Shown here piece after piece: positions 9,685 to 17,828 of a stretch of DNA of 64,000 nucleotides. A model generated the notes under the pieces. The model was not told where the DNA came from. It was given only the letters and a program-made list of their open reading frames with translations, and searched no databases. The position numbers and the translations under genes were made by a program. The stretch is from PVC group bacterium (GTDB taxonomy: Bacteria > Omnitrophota > Gorgyraeia > B26-G9): positions 513,210-577,209 of the forward strand of contig JAAEQR010000072.1 in the NCBI GenBank assembly GCA_024231215.1, given 5' to 3'. Position 1 is the first letter of the stretch. Each line of letters opens with the position of its first letter.

Positions 9685-10374
9685 ATGAAGATTGGTTTTT
9701 TAGGATTGGATATAGAAGAGGGTAAAGTTAAATATAAAGACGATAAATTAAATAAACTTACAGAGAAGTTTTCTCCTAAAAAGGTAAGTCCTTTTTTTGT
9801 AGAATTTATAAAAGAAGATTTTGTTAGTGCGGATTGTTTGGCAGTGAACAAGGATAGTGTTCTGGATTTGCTGATTTTGGATATGGAGAAAATGGAGACC
9901 AGGCTTGCTAATACGAATGATGAAACAGAAAAAAAGCTTGTGAGAAAATGTTTAGATAGTTTGGAAAAAGAGATTCCGCTTTGTGATGTTGAGTTTAATG
10001 AAGAAGAATCTCAAATGATGCGCGGACTAGCTCCGCTTAGTTTAAAACCAACGGTTTTGGTTGATTCGGATGTGGCCCAGACAGTTTTGATCGAGAAAAT
10101 GCTTCAAAAGTCGAACACAATCTTTTTTTATACAGCCGGACCGAAAGAAGTCCATGCTTGGCCGGCGGCAAAAGATACCGATGCGGTTACTTGTGCCGGA
10201 AAGATTCATTCTGATTTGGCGCGGGGATTTATTAAAGCGGAAATTGTAAATTTTGAGGATTTTATCAAAGGGCACAATATGCAGGAAGCCAAAAGTAATG
10301 GCTATGTAAAACTGGTTGATAAAGATTACATTGTGCAGTATGGCGATATTTTAGATATTAGATTTAATGTATAA
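9685..10374 (+). CDS. YchF-like protein that keeps only the helical and TGS domains; the G1 motif is degenerate and the switch regions and G3 are absent
   Basis: The C-terminus TAGPKEVHAWPAAKDTDAVTCAGKIHSDLARGFIKAEIVNFEDFI...KLVDKDYIVQYGDILDIRFNV aligns with the YchF/Obg-family C-terminus. The N-terminus GFLGLDIEEGKV is a mutated P-loop. The protein is 229 aa long, whereas YchF is about 363 aa. Confidence 0.7.
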   Translation: MKIGFLGLDIEEGKVKYKDDKLNKLTEKFSPKKVSPFFVEFIKEDFVSADCLAVNKDSVLDLLILDMEKMETRLANTNDETEKKLVRKCLDSLEKEIPLCDVEFNEEESQMMRGLAPLSLKPTVLVDSDVAQTVLIEKMLQKSNTIFFYTAGPKEVHAWPAAKDTDAVTCAGKIHSDLARGFIKAEIVNFEDFIKGHNMQEAKSNGYVKLVDKDYIVQYGDILDIRFNV

Positions 10375-10388
10375 TATTAAGGGGGAAT

Positions 10389-10805
10389 TTGAAGTCCATA
10401 GGGGTGGGAAGGACTGGCAGGATGGAAGAAGACAGAAAATTTGGCAGATTAATTTCGAATTTAAAAGTAACCTGGAGAAAAATTGATGGATTCACCTGGG
10501 AGAAACTTAATGAGAATAAAGATATTTCTGAGCAGGGGATTTGCCTGATTGTCGATGAGCGAGTCGAAGCAGGTGATGATTTGTTGCTTAAGATAGAATT
10601 GTTTTCCGGTAGTGCCATTCGGGCTATTGGTAAAGTAGTTTGGATTAGCGAAGCGGTTTTAGACGGAGATAAAGTTTTTAACGCAGGTATTAAATTTCTG
10701 GATATTGATAAGGACGACAGAAAAGAGATCGCGGAATTTGTTTTCCGGAATCTTCGTAATAAACTGCTTAACCAGTTAGGCGAAGAAGATCTCTTTGAAT
10801 CATAA
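10389..10805 (+). CDS. PilZ-domain (c-di-GMP-binding) protein
   Basis: An RxxxR motif (RKFGR) followed by a DxSxxG motif (DISEQG). The start is either TTG at 10389 or ATG at 10422. Confidence 0.65.
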   Translation: MKSIGVGRTGRMEEDRKFGRLISNLKVTWRKIDGFTWEKLNENKDISEQGICLIVDERVEAGDDLLLKIELFSGSAIRAIGKVVWISEAVLDGDKVFNAGIKFLDIDKDDRKEIAEFVFRNLRNKLLNQLGEEDLFES

Positions 10806-11055
10806 AAATTTGCTATGGAAGTTCGAAACTCCGATTAAATCATAAAAACTCCTCATTTTGTTTCCCGGTACTCCTAAATGATTTCAGAATACAGGTCAAT
10901 TCAAGTATAACATCCTATAATATCATGAATTATTTACCGACAAATACGCCACAATAACATAGGCATAAAAAGCCACGAAAACACATTAAAATACACAATA
11001 ATATAGAATAGTGCACATCCAATTAAGTATTTTATAAAATAATTTAAAAAGTCCC

Positions 11056-11084
11056 TTGAAAGGATGTATAAGATAATGTATAAT
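11056..11084 (+). promoter_or_regulatory. Sigma70-like promoter TTGAAA-N17-TATAAT
   Basis: Hexamers read from the sequence. The -10 element lies inside the ORF-track start of the next gene, so the real start is downstream at 11109. Confidence 0.5.
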
Positions 11085-11108
11085 AGTATTGTAAGGGAGG
11101 TAAGAGAG

Positions 11109-11762
11109 ATGAAGAAGAATACACAATATTATAATCAAGTAAAAGCCGGCAAACTGCAGAATGGTCTTATCTGTGCGGTTCTCGCATTATTAATTATAGG
11201 AAGCACAAGCAGTAATGCATCTGCTCTGGGAAATAATATCCTGAGCAGTATGAATATTTCCCAGGAAAGAATAGTGACTAATGGTGTATTAATTTCCCGC
11301 CCGGCAGCTATTGATGAGAAAATTCGCGATATTATGATTTTTAACAATATCAGAACTTTAAACGACTATGTAAGATGGCTGAAAAAAAACATAAAATATC
11401 GTAAAGATAAAAAAGGCGATGTATGGGCAGATCCAGAAGATACATTAAGCTCTAATGGCGGCGATTGCGAAGACTTTGCTTTTTTTAATGCTGCGGTGCT
11501 GAAAGTTTTAGGTTTTAATCCGGAAGTTTTAGCAATTATCCGGATTGGCCGCAGCCATGCTATATGTGTATTTAAGGAAAATGGATACTATTCGATAATA
11601 GATAACAATACGCTGATTAGAACTAAAAAAACAACAATGACTTCATTCACCCCTAAGTTGATGGATATGTATAACTTTGCTACACTTGGTTCTATAAAAC
11701 TGAGCAGTAGAAGGATAAATGTTATTGCTCATAAATCACAAGTTCTAGCAAGTAAGATGTAA
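11109..11762 (+). CDS. Secreted transglutaminase-like cysteine-peptidase-domain protein
   Basis: RBS AGGGAGG; signal peptide; motif NGGDCEDFAFFNAAVL...SHAICVF, which is a Cys-His core typical of the transglutaminase-like superfamily. Confidence 0.55.
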   Translation: MKKNTQYYNQVKAGKLQNGLICAVLALLIIGSTSSNASALGNNILSSMNISQERIVTNGVLISRPAAIDEKIRDIMIFNNIRTLNDYVRWLKKNIKYRKDKKGDVWADPEDTLSSNGGDCEDFAFFNAAVLKVLGFNPEVLAIIRIGRSHAICVFKENGYYSIIDNNTLIRTKKTTMTSFTPKLMDMYNFATLGSIKLSSRRINVIAHKSQVLASKM

Positions 11763-11812
11763 GCAATAATTTGTCTCTCTTACACCCCTCAGCCTAACGT
11801 CGGTAAGGCTAG

Positions 11813-11857
11813 AAGGTGTACAAGTTCTAGGTTGCTTGTACACCTTCAATTTTTTTC
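11813..11857 (+). terminator. Rho-independent terminator: 12-bp perfect stem AAGGTGTACAAG/CTTGTACACCTT followed by a T7 run
   Basis: Inverted repeat and T-run read directly from the sequence. Confidence 0.7.
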
Positions 11858-11876
11858 TATAGATATCCCTCTTTAA

Positions 11877-11905
11877 TTGACTTGGATTCTCCTGTGTAGT
11901 ATGAT
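11877..11905 (+). promoter_or_regulatory. Sigma70-like promoter TTGACT-N17-TATGAT
   Basis: Hexamers read from the sequence. Confidence 0.5.
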
Positions 11906-11942
11906 GAAGTAAAGTTAATAACTGTTGAAAGGGAGAGGGATT

Positions 11943-12449
11943 ATGAAGAAGATTATGCTTAACGTATTGCGGATAATTACGTACATATTGTTTTTTATCG
12001 TAATCGGGATCCTGTTTGTTACCAATCATGCTATCTGGGCAACATTGCTGATTGGATTTAGCATGCTTTCTGTATATCTAGTTGTGGAAAAGCATATCCA
12101 AGACAGAGTGATCAATGAGTTGAATTGGATCAACAGTTGTGTTATGAACAGTTATGAGGTGGATAATGCCAGAGCTCAGAAGGATTTTTATCTTTTTGTT
12201 TTGCAGGCGTTTAAATCCGGTGCATTGAAAAACGGGATGATGAATACGGAGATACATGATTGTATTGTAAGTAATGACGAAGATGATCGTTTTTCGTTTC
12301 GCCCGGCATTATATTTTGGGGAGCAAAAGGGGGCTTTGAAAAAAAATACAGTTAAGCTTTATGGTTTTGGAGTGGCAATTCCTACCCCGAAACTTATTCT
12401 TAAATTTAAAGAAGGAAAACTGATAAAGTGGAAAGAGAAACAAGGGTAA
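11943..12449 (+). CDS. Hypothetical membrane protein with two N-terminal transmembrane helices and a cytoplasmic C-terminal domain
   Basis: ATG at 11943 after the RBS GGGAGAGGG. Hydrophobic N-terminus. I recognise no family. Confidence 0.45.
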   Translation: MKKIMLNVLRIITYILFFIVIGILFVTNHAIWATLLIGFSMLSVYLVVEKHIQDRVINELNWINSCVMNSYEVDNARAQKDFYLFVLQAFKSGALKNGMMNTEIHDCIVSNDEDDRFSFRPALYFGEQKGALKKNTVKLYGFGVAIPTPKLILKFKEGKLIKWKEKQG

Positions 12450-12453
12450 ATAA

Positions 12454-13314
12454 TTGAAGATAAAAGAAATATTAAAAATTCGCAAGCAGGGAATATCTTT
12501 TGAATTTTTCCCTCCGAAAACCGAAGCTGGGAAAAAAGCTTTGCAGAATACAATTACAGCGTTAAAAAAATATAATCCGTTATATGTTTCAATGACTTAT
12601 GGGGCCGGAGGCGCAACTCAGGAGAAGACAAAAGAAGCGGTAGATATGCTCCTAGCCGAGACGGAATTAGAAGTTATGCCCCATCTTACCTGTATTGGCG
12701 CACAGCCGGAAGCGATTAAGAGCATCTTGGCTGATTATAAGGAAAAAGGCATTGAGAATATTATGGCTTTGAGAGGGGATCCTCCTATAGGAGTAGAGAA
12801 ATTTGATTTTTCAGCCCAGGATTTTAGTTATGCGGTTGACTTGGTGAAAAACATAAAGCAAGCCGGACATTTTGGGGTGGGCGTTGCGGTATACCCGGAA
12901 GGCCATATCGAAAGCCCCTCGCTTGAGAAGGATATTGAATATACTAAATACAAAATCGATGCCGGAGCTGATTTTGCTGTTACGCAGATGTTTTTTGATA
13001 ATACTTATTATTATGAATTATTAGATAGGATGAAAAGCCGAGCAATTGATATTCCGGTATTGCCGGGTATTTTGCCTTTGCTGGATGTGTCAAAAGTAAG
13101 GCAATTCGCGGATATTTGCCGAGCGACAATTCCCAGTCATATTGAAGAACGAATGGAGGCGCTTCGCAATAATCCAGAAGAGATGGAAAAAGTCGGTATT
13201 GATTTTACAATCAAGCAATGCCGTGATCTGATAAAGAACGGGATAAAACAACTTCATTTTTTTACGCTTAATAAACCGGCAGTTATCCAGACTATAGTGG
13301 AGGCGATTTTTTAG
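12454..13314 (+). CDS. metF: 5,10-methylenetetrahydrofolate reductase
   Basis: The MetF family N-terminus (ISFEFFPPKT...YVSMTYGAGG) and length. The start codon is TTG. Confidence 0.9.
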   Translation: MKIKEILKIRKQGISFEFFPPKTEAGKKALQNTITALKKYNPLYVSMTYGAGGATQEKTKEAVDMLLAETELEVMPHLTCIGAQPEAIKSILADYKEKGIENIMALRGDPPIGVEKFDFSAQDFSYAVDLVKNIKQAGHFGVGVAVYPEGHIESPSLEKDIEYTKYKIDAGADFAVTQMFFDNTYYYELLDRMKSRAIDIPVLPGILPLLDVSKVRQFADICRATIPSHIEERMEALRNNPEEMEKVGIDFTIKQCRDLIKNGIKQLHFFTLNKPAVIQTIVEAIF

Positions 13315-13323
13315 GGCTTAATA

Positions 13324-13506
13324 ATGGCAGAGTATATTTGTCCACATTGCAAAAATCCGATCAATGACGATGAAGCACTGTTATGTCTTTATTGCGGTGG
13401 GCGGTTGGATCGTGGTGTTGGTTTAATGGGGAAGATTCCTCGGCAGATATTTATTTTTATTATAGTGGTCTTGATTTTAAGTTTTTTTATGCTTATAATC
13501 AGATAA
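13324..13506 (+). CDS. Small zinc-ribbon protein with a C-terminal transmembrane anchor
   Basis: A CPHC...CLYC zinc ribbon followed by a hydrophobic tail. Confidence 0.45.
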   Translation: MAEYICPHCKNPINDDEALLCLYCGGRLDRGVGLMGKIPRQIFIFIIVVLILSFFMLIIR

Positions 13507-13523
13507 CAGGGGAGTGTTGATTA

Positions 13524-13859
13524 ATGGTGTTACTAGATATAATGCACAAATGCAGGAACTTAGAGCTTTTTCAGAAGAGGACCTCGACTGATGAACATGT
13601 AGAGGTTGTTGTTTTTAATAAAGACATGGAAGAGTGGATTCGCATATTTAGCGAAGAATTAGGGCAGGCGGTTAAACCAGCAGGAGCTTCTCCGACATCG
13701 CGGGATCTAGAGCTGACCTCAGCATACGGTGGAATCCGGGGAGAGCAATCATTGTTTGAGAAAAGATCTGATGATAGTGTAGTGATCGCGCTCTTTTGGC
13801 CATGGCAGGACAAACAGCATACCACGATTAAAATGTTTAATCTAAGACTAAAAGCTTGA
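13524..13859 (+). CDS. Hypothetical protein
   Basis: Intact ORF with an AGGGGAG RBS. I recognise no family. Confidence 0.35.
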   Translation: MVLLDIMHKCRNLELFQKRTSTDEHVEVVVFNKDMEEWIRIFSEELGQAVKPAGASPTSRDLELTSAYGGIRGEQSLFEKRSDDSVVIALFWPWQDKQHTTIKMFNLRLKA

Positions 13860-13890
13860 TTTTTTCCTTACCAATTTCTATAAAAATTCC

Positions 13891-15132
13891 ATGAAAAGAA
13901 AAAAAATACATTCGATTAAAAAACCGGAGTTAGTATGCCCGGCAGGTGATTGGGCATCGCTACTTACTGCCGTAGAAAATGGGGCAGATAGTGTTTACTT
14001 TGGGGTAAAAGGTATTAATATGCGTAATTTTGCTACTAACTTTGATGTAGCAGAGTTGAGCAAGATCATGAAGTATTTACATGCGCATAATACTCGAGGA
14101 TATCTTACCCTCAATGTTATCGTTATGAACCATGAGCTTAACAAAGTTTTGAAAATATTAAAAAAGGCTAAGTCAGCCGGGGTGGATGCGGTGATTTTGT
14201 GGGATATGGCGGTTTTCTCCATGGCTCGGGAGTTAGGGTTGCGTGTTCATATTTCGACCCAGGCGAGTATATCGAATTTTAAAGCATTGAAATATTACGC
14301 AAAACTAGGCGCCAAAAGAGTTGTCTTGGCCCGGGAATGCAAGCTTGCGGATATTAAGGATATAGTAAAAGGCATCGAGAAAGAGAAAATCAATTGTGAG
14401 GTTGAAAGTTTTATTCATGGGGCTATGTGTATTAGTATTTCAGGAAGATGCTTTCTCTCATCGTATTCCAGTGGTAAGTCGGCAAACAGAGGAGAGTGTC
14501 AGCAATACTGTCGTAGGGAATTTTCGATTATCGATGACTCAAAAGAGGGTAAGTATATTTTAGGGCAGGACTATGTCTTAAGTGCTAAAGATTTATGCTC
14601 GATTGATTTTATTGATAAGCTGATAAAGGCAGGGATACATTCTTTTAAAATTGAAGGCCGGATGCGTTCTCCTGAATATGTTAAAGTCGCAACATCTGTT
14701 TATCGTTGCGCAATTGATACATTTTCCCAAGGTAAACTTACCCTAGCTTTAAAACGCAATCTTAAACAGGAATTAGGCAATGTGTTTACACGTGGTTTCT
14801 CAAGTGGGTTTTACTATGGAATTCCTCAAGATGCGCTTAGTCGTAGGAATGAGCATAAATATGAAAAAGTATTTTTAGGGGAAGTTACCAAATTCTATAA
14901 AAAAATTAATGTTGTAGAAATACTAGTGCGCAATAAGGGGCTACGTCAGGGAGCGGAGCTTTTATTTATGGGCAATAAAACTCCGGCTTGTTTTGCAAAA
15001 GCAGAGGAGATTCAGCAAAAGCATAAATTTGTAAAGACGGTAAAACAAGGGGAATATGTGGGAATTAAAGTACCGTTTTTGCTAAAACGTAACGATAAAG
15101 TTTTCCTTTGGCAGAAAAGAAAATCCGACTAG
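13891..15132 (+). CDS. Peptidase U32 family protein (collagenase-like; YhbU/YegQ/RlhA/UbiU type)
   Basis: The N-terminus ELVCPAGDWASLLTAVENGADSVYFG and a Cys cluster are typical of the U32 family. Confidence 0.85.
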   Translation: MKRKKIHSIKKPELVCPAGDWASLLTAVENGADSVYFGVKGINMRNFATNFDVAELSKIMKYLHAHNTRGYLTLNVIVMNHELNKVLKILKKAKSAGVDAVILWDMAVFSMARELGLRVHISTQASISNFKALKYYAKLGAKRVVLARECKLADIKDIVKGIEKEKINCEVESFIHGAMCISISGRCFLSSYSSGKSANRGECQQYCRREFSIIDDSKEGKYILGQDYVLSAKDLCSIDFIDKLIKAGIHSFKIEGRMRSPEYVKVATSVYRCAIDTFSQGKLTLALKRNLKQELGNVFTRGFSSGFYYGIPQDALSRRNEHKYEKVFLGEVTKFYKKINVVEILVRNKGLRQGAELLFMGNKTPACFAKAEEIQQKHKFVKTVKQGEYVGIKVPFLLKRNDKVFLWQKRKSD

Positions 15133-15137
15133 ACCAA

Positions 15138-16469
15138 TCAAAGAATATTACTGGCAAGTTCAGCCAGTTCGGATCGCTCGCCTTTTTCCAGATTAATATG
15201 TGTATATATCTGCTGTCCGCGCATCTTATCAATCAAATAGCTTAGTCCGTTTGAATATATATCCAGATAAGGATGATCTATCTGGAAAATATCGCCGGTA
15301 AAGACCATCTTGGTTCCTTCTCCGGCTCGGGTGATGATCGTCTTTACCTCATGCGGGGTGAGGTTTTGGGCTTCATCCACAATAAAGAATGCATTTACCA
15401 GACTTCGTCCCCGGATATAGGATAAGGGGGCGATAACCAGGCTTTCTTCCTCCAATAGTTTTTGTATTTTACGGCGTTTTGATTTTTGCTCAAAGAATCT
15501 ACTTTTTATTACGCCTAAGTTATCATATAACGGCTGCATATAAGGTTCGAGTTTCGAGCCGATATCTCCGGGGAGATATCCAATATCTTTATTGCTTAAA
15601 GGAACTACCGGCCGGGCCATTAATATTTGTAGAAAATCTTCTTTACTTTCTAAGGCTCCGGCTAAAGCAAGTAATGTTTTACCGGTGCCGGCTTTACCGG
15701 ATATAGTTACCAGCGGTATTTTGGGATCGGTTAATGCGTTTAGAGCAAATGTTTGTTCGGCGTTGCGAGGAGTAATGCCGTAAGCCGGGAGTTTATTTAC
15801 GCGATCGATAGTACATGTTTCAGCGTTAAAGCGTCCGATTGCTGATTTCTTCTTGTTTTTCATAATAATAAATTCATTAGGCATGAACTCTCGTTTATCA
15901 CATAAGGCTTTTGCTTTGATCTGATCTGCATCCGCATACATTTTGTTAATAAGGCTTAAAGAAACATCTTCTTCGATTCTGTACCCCCGGTATAATTCAG
16001 AAATGTCTTTTACATGGTCGGTGGTGTAATCATTAGTGACTAGTCCTACAGCCTTTGCTTTCATTCGCAGATTTACGTCTTTGCTGATAATAAGGACTTG
16101 TTTATCCTGATTATCCTGAGCCAGGCAATAGGCTGTATTTAAAATTTGGTGGTCTACTAGGTTGGGGGCGAAGTTAAGCTCCAGGTTTTTATGCATTTTC
16201 TGGCCGAGCACAATAAGGATGCGTCCGTTATTTTCGCCGAGTTTAACTCCTTCGTCAAATATCTGATCTCCGCTAAGAGAGTCTAAATCACGCAGAAAGC
16301 CTCGGGCATGGTAATTGAGTGTTTCGTGTCCTTTTTTGAATTTATCGAGTTCTTCAATGACTTGGATGGGGATAACAACGTCATGTTGTTTGAATTGATA
16401 TATACAGGTACAGTCGTGAAGGATAACATTTGTATCGAGGACGAATATCTTTTTAATCTTTTCTTCCAT
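15138..16469 (-). CDS. PhoH2-type protein: N-terminal PIN domain fused to a PhoH-like ATPase
   Basis: The PIN start (FVLDTNVILHD) and the Walker A motif GKAGTGKT in the PhoH domain. This is the only convincing minus-strand gene in the window. Confidence 0.85.
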   Translation of the reverse strand: MEEKIKKIFVLDTNVILHDCTCIYQFKQHDVVIPIQVIEELDKFKKGHETLNYHARGFLRDLDSLSGDQIFDEGVKLGENNGRILIVLGQKMHKNLELNFAPNLVDHQILNTAYCLAQDNQDKQVLIISKDVNLRMKAKAVGLVTNDYTTDHVKDISELYRGYRIEEDVSLSLINKMYADADQIKAKALCDKREFMPNEFIIMKNKKKSAIGRFNAETCTIDRVNKLPAYGITPRNAEQTFALNALTDPKIPLVTISGKAGTGKTLLALAGALESKEDFLQILMARPVVPLSNKDIGYLPGDIGSKLEPYMQPLYDNLGVIKSRFFEQKSKRRKIQKLLEEESLVIAPLSYIRGRSLVNAFFIVDEAQNLTPHEVKTIITRAGEGTKMVFTGDIFQIDHPYLDIYSNGLSYLIDKMRGQQIYTHINLEKGERSELAELASNIL

Positions 16470-16516
16470 GAGCCCTAATCTCCTATCTTTAATATATATA
16501 GTATCTTTCTATTTCA

Positions 16517-16545
16517 ATTATACCGTTTAAGCCCCCTTTCCGCAA
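16517..16545 (-). promoter_or_regulatory. Minus-strand promoter TTGCGG-N17-TATAAT for phoH2
   Basis: Hexamers read from the reverse complement. Confidence 0.4.
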
Positions 16546-16572
16546 TAGGTTTTTACGACGATTCTCCGTCCT

Positions 16573-16601
16573 TTGACACAACCTTGTATCGGGGGTATAA
16601 T
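16573..16601 (+). promoter_or_regulatory. Perfect-consensus sigma70 promoter TTGACA-N17-TATAAT
   Basis: Both hexamers match the consensus exactly and the spacer is 17 nt. It lies about 90 nt upstream of the Cys-rich peptide gene. Confidence 0.6.
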
Positions 16602-16692
16602 AAATAGTAATTTTAGTGATGCAGGATTAGAATGTTTTAGGGGAAATGGGCTGAGTTAATAGAAATAAAAAAATATTAAGGAGAAATAAATT

Positions 16693-16911
16693 ATGAATTG
16701 TTGGGAATTTAAAAAATGTGGACGCGAAAAAGGTGGAGCAAAAGAAAAAGAATTGGGTCTTTGTCCGGCATATCCTGATAATGGAAAACAGTGTGCTCGT
16801 ATTGCGGGAACATTATGTGGAGGCCAAGTTCAGGGTACATTTGCATCAAAATTATCTAATTGTATGCAATGTGATTTTTATAAAAGTGAACATTATATAA
16901 AGAATAGATAA
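16693..16911 (+). CDS. Small Cys-rich protein (72 aa, 7 Cys) with an N-terminal NCWEFKKCG motif
   Basis: Strong RBS AAGGAGA. Cysteines at positions 3, 9, 24, 34, 42, 57 and 60. I cannot assign a family from memory. Confidence 0.55.
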   Translation: MNCWEFKKCGREKGGAKEKELGLCPAYPDNGKQCARIAGTLCGGQVQGTFASKLSNCMQCDFYKSEHYIKNR

Positions 16912-17018
16912 ACTATCATGGTTTCCGAAAGAATAAATCATCGGATAATCAATATCCCTCTTGTTAATTATCCCGTCTGTTGTTATACTATAACCTAATT
17001 ATTTTAAAGGGGGAGGGG

Positions 17019-17711
17019 ATGAAAATTTTAAAGCAATCTATAAAAGAGTGGCCAAGTGAAGACCGCCCGCGGGAAAAGCTATTTAAGCGGGGTGAACATA
17101 CCTTAAGTGATTCTGAATTAATCGCGATTCTTTTGCGTTCCGGAGTAAAAGGCGAGAGTGCTATAGATCTTGCCCGGAAGATAGTTAAAAAATTTAAGAC
17201 GTTTCGTAAAATGAGTTCGGCTGATTTATCTACCTGGAAGGAATTTAAAGGGCTAGGCATAGCTAAAATTGCTCAGCTTAAGGCAGCGATTGAAATCGGA
17301 AGACGGTTTAAAGAAGAAGAGTTGCGTGAAAGTAATCTTTGTGTGCGTTCTGCCGGGGATGTCGCGGAAATCCTAATGCCGCGAATGCGCGATCTGAAAA
17401 AAGAAATATTTAAAGTTGTATCTCTTAATTCCCGAAACAGGGTTATTGATATCCTGGAAATTACCGAAGGTACAGTAAATCAGGCAAATCCGATTATCCG
17501 GGAGATTTTTCAAAAAGCGATGCAGTGTTTTTCTTCTGCAATAGTATGTGTGCATAATCATCCGTCCGGGGATGCAAATCCTAGCCGGGCGGATAAGGAA
17601 TTTACGCGAAAATTAGTTACGGCGGGTGATGTTTTGCAGATTAAAGTTTTTGATCATGTTATAATTGGAAATGAGACATATTTTAGCCTGGCAGACGCGG
17701 GGATTATATAA
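17019..17711 (+). CDS. radC: RadC-like JAB/MPN-domain protein (UPF0758)
   Basis: HNHPSGD JAMM-like motif and an N-terminal helix-hairpin-helix region. The start is ATG at 17019, after the RBS GGGGGAGGGG. Confidence 0.85.
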   Translation: MKILKQSIKEWPSEDRPREKLFKRGEHTLSDSELIAILLRSGVKGESAIDLARKIVKKFKTFRKMSSADLSTWKEFKGLGIAKIAQLKAAIEIGRRFKEEELRESNLCVRSAGDVAEILMPRMRDLKKEIFKVVSLNSRNRVIDILEITEGTVNQANPIIREIFQKAMQCFSSAIVCVHNHPSGDANPSRADKEFTRKLVTAGDVLQIKVFDHVIIGNETYFSLADAGII

Positions 17712-17828
17712 CCCAGAATTTAAAACTTTTCCCTTGTAAAGGGGAAGGCTATTTATATATAATATAAACACTGTTTATTTAATATATGGATGTTGATATT
17801 TGGTAGTTGAATGGAAGGGAGGCAAGTA

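Noticed and set aside
11064-11108. ORF-track start MYKIMYNSIVREVRE for the transglutaminase-like gene
   Set aside because: The codons overlap the -10 box TATAAT (11079-11084) of its own promoter and precede the AGGGAGG RBS. The start was moved to 11109. The same correction was applied to 16980 (now 17019), 17811 (now 17829), 11925 (now 11943), 47094 (now 47121) and 57129 (now 57198).
13524-13859. A possible antitoxin/toxin pair together with the zinc-ribbon gene at 13324
   Set aside because: Neither protein has recognisable TA-family motifs. The pair sits between metF and a U32 peptidase in apparently operonic spacing, so the evidence is insufficient.
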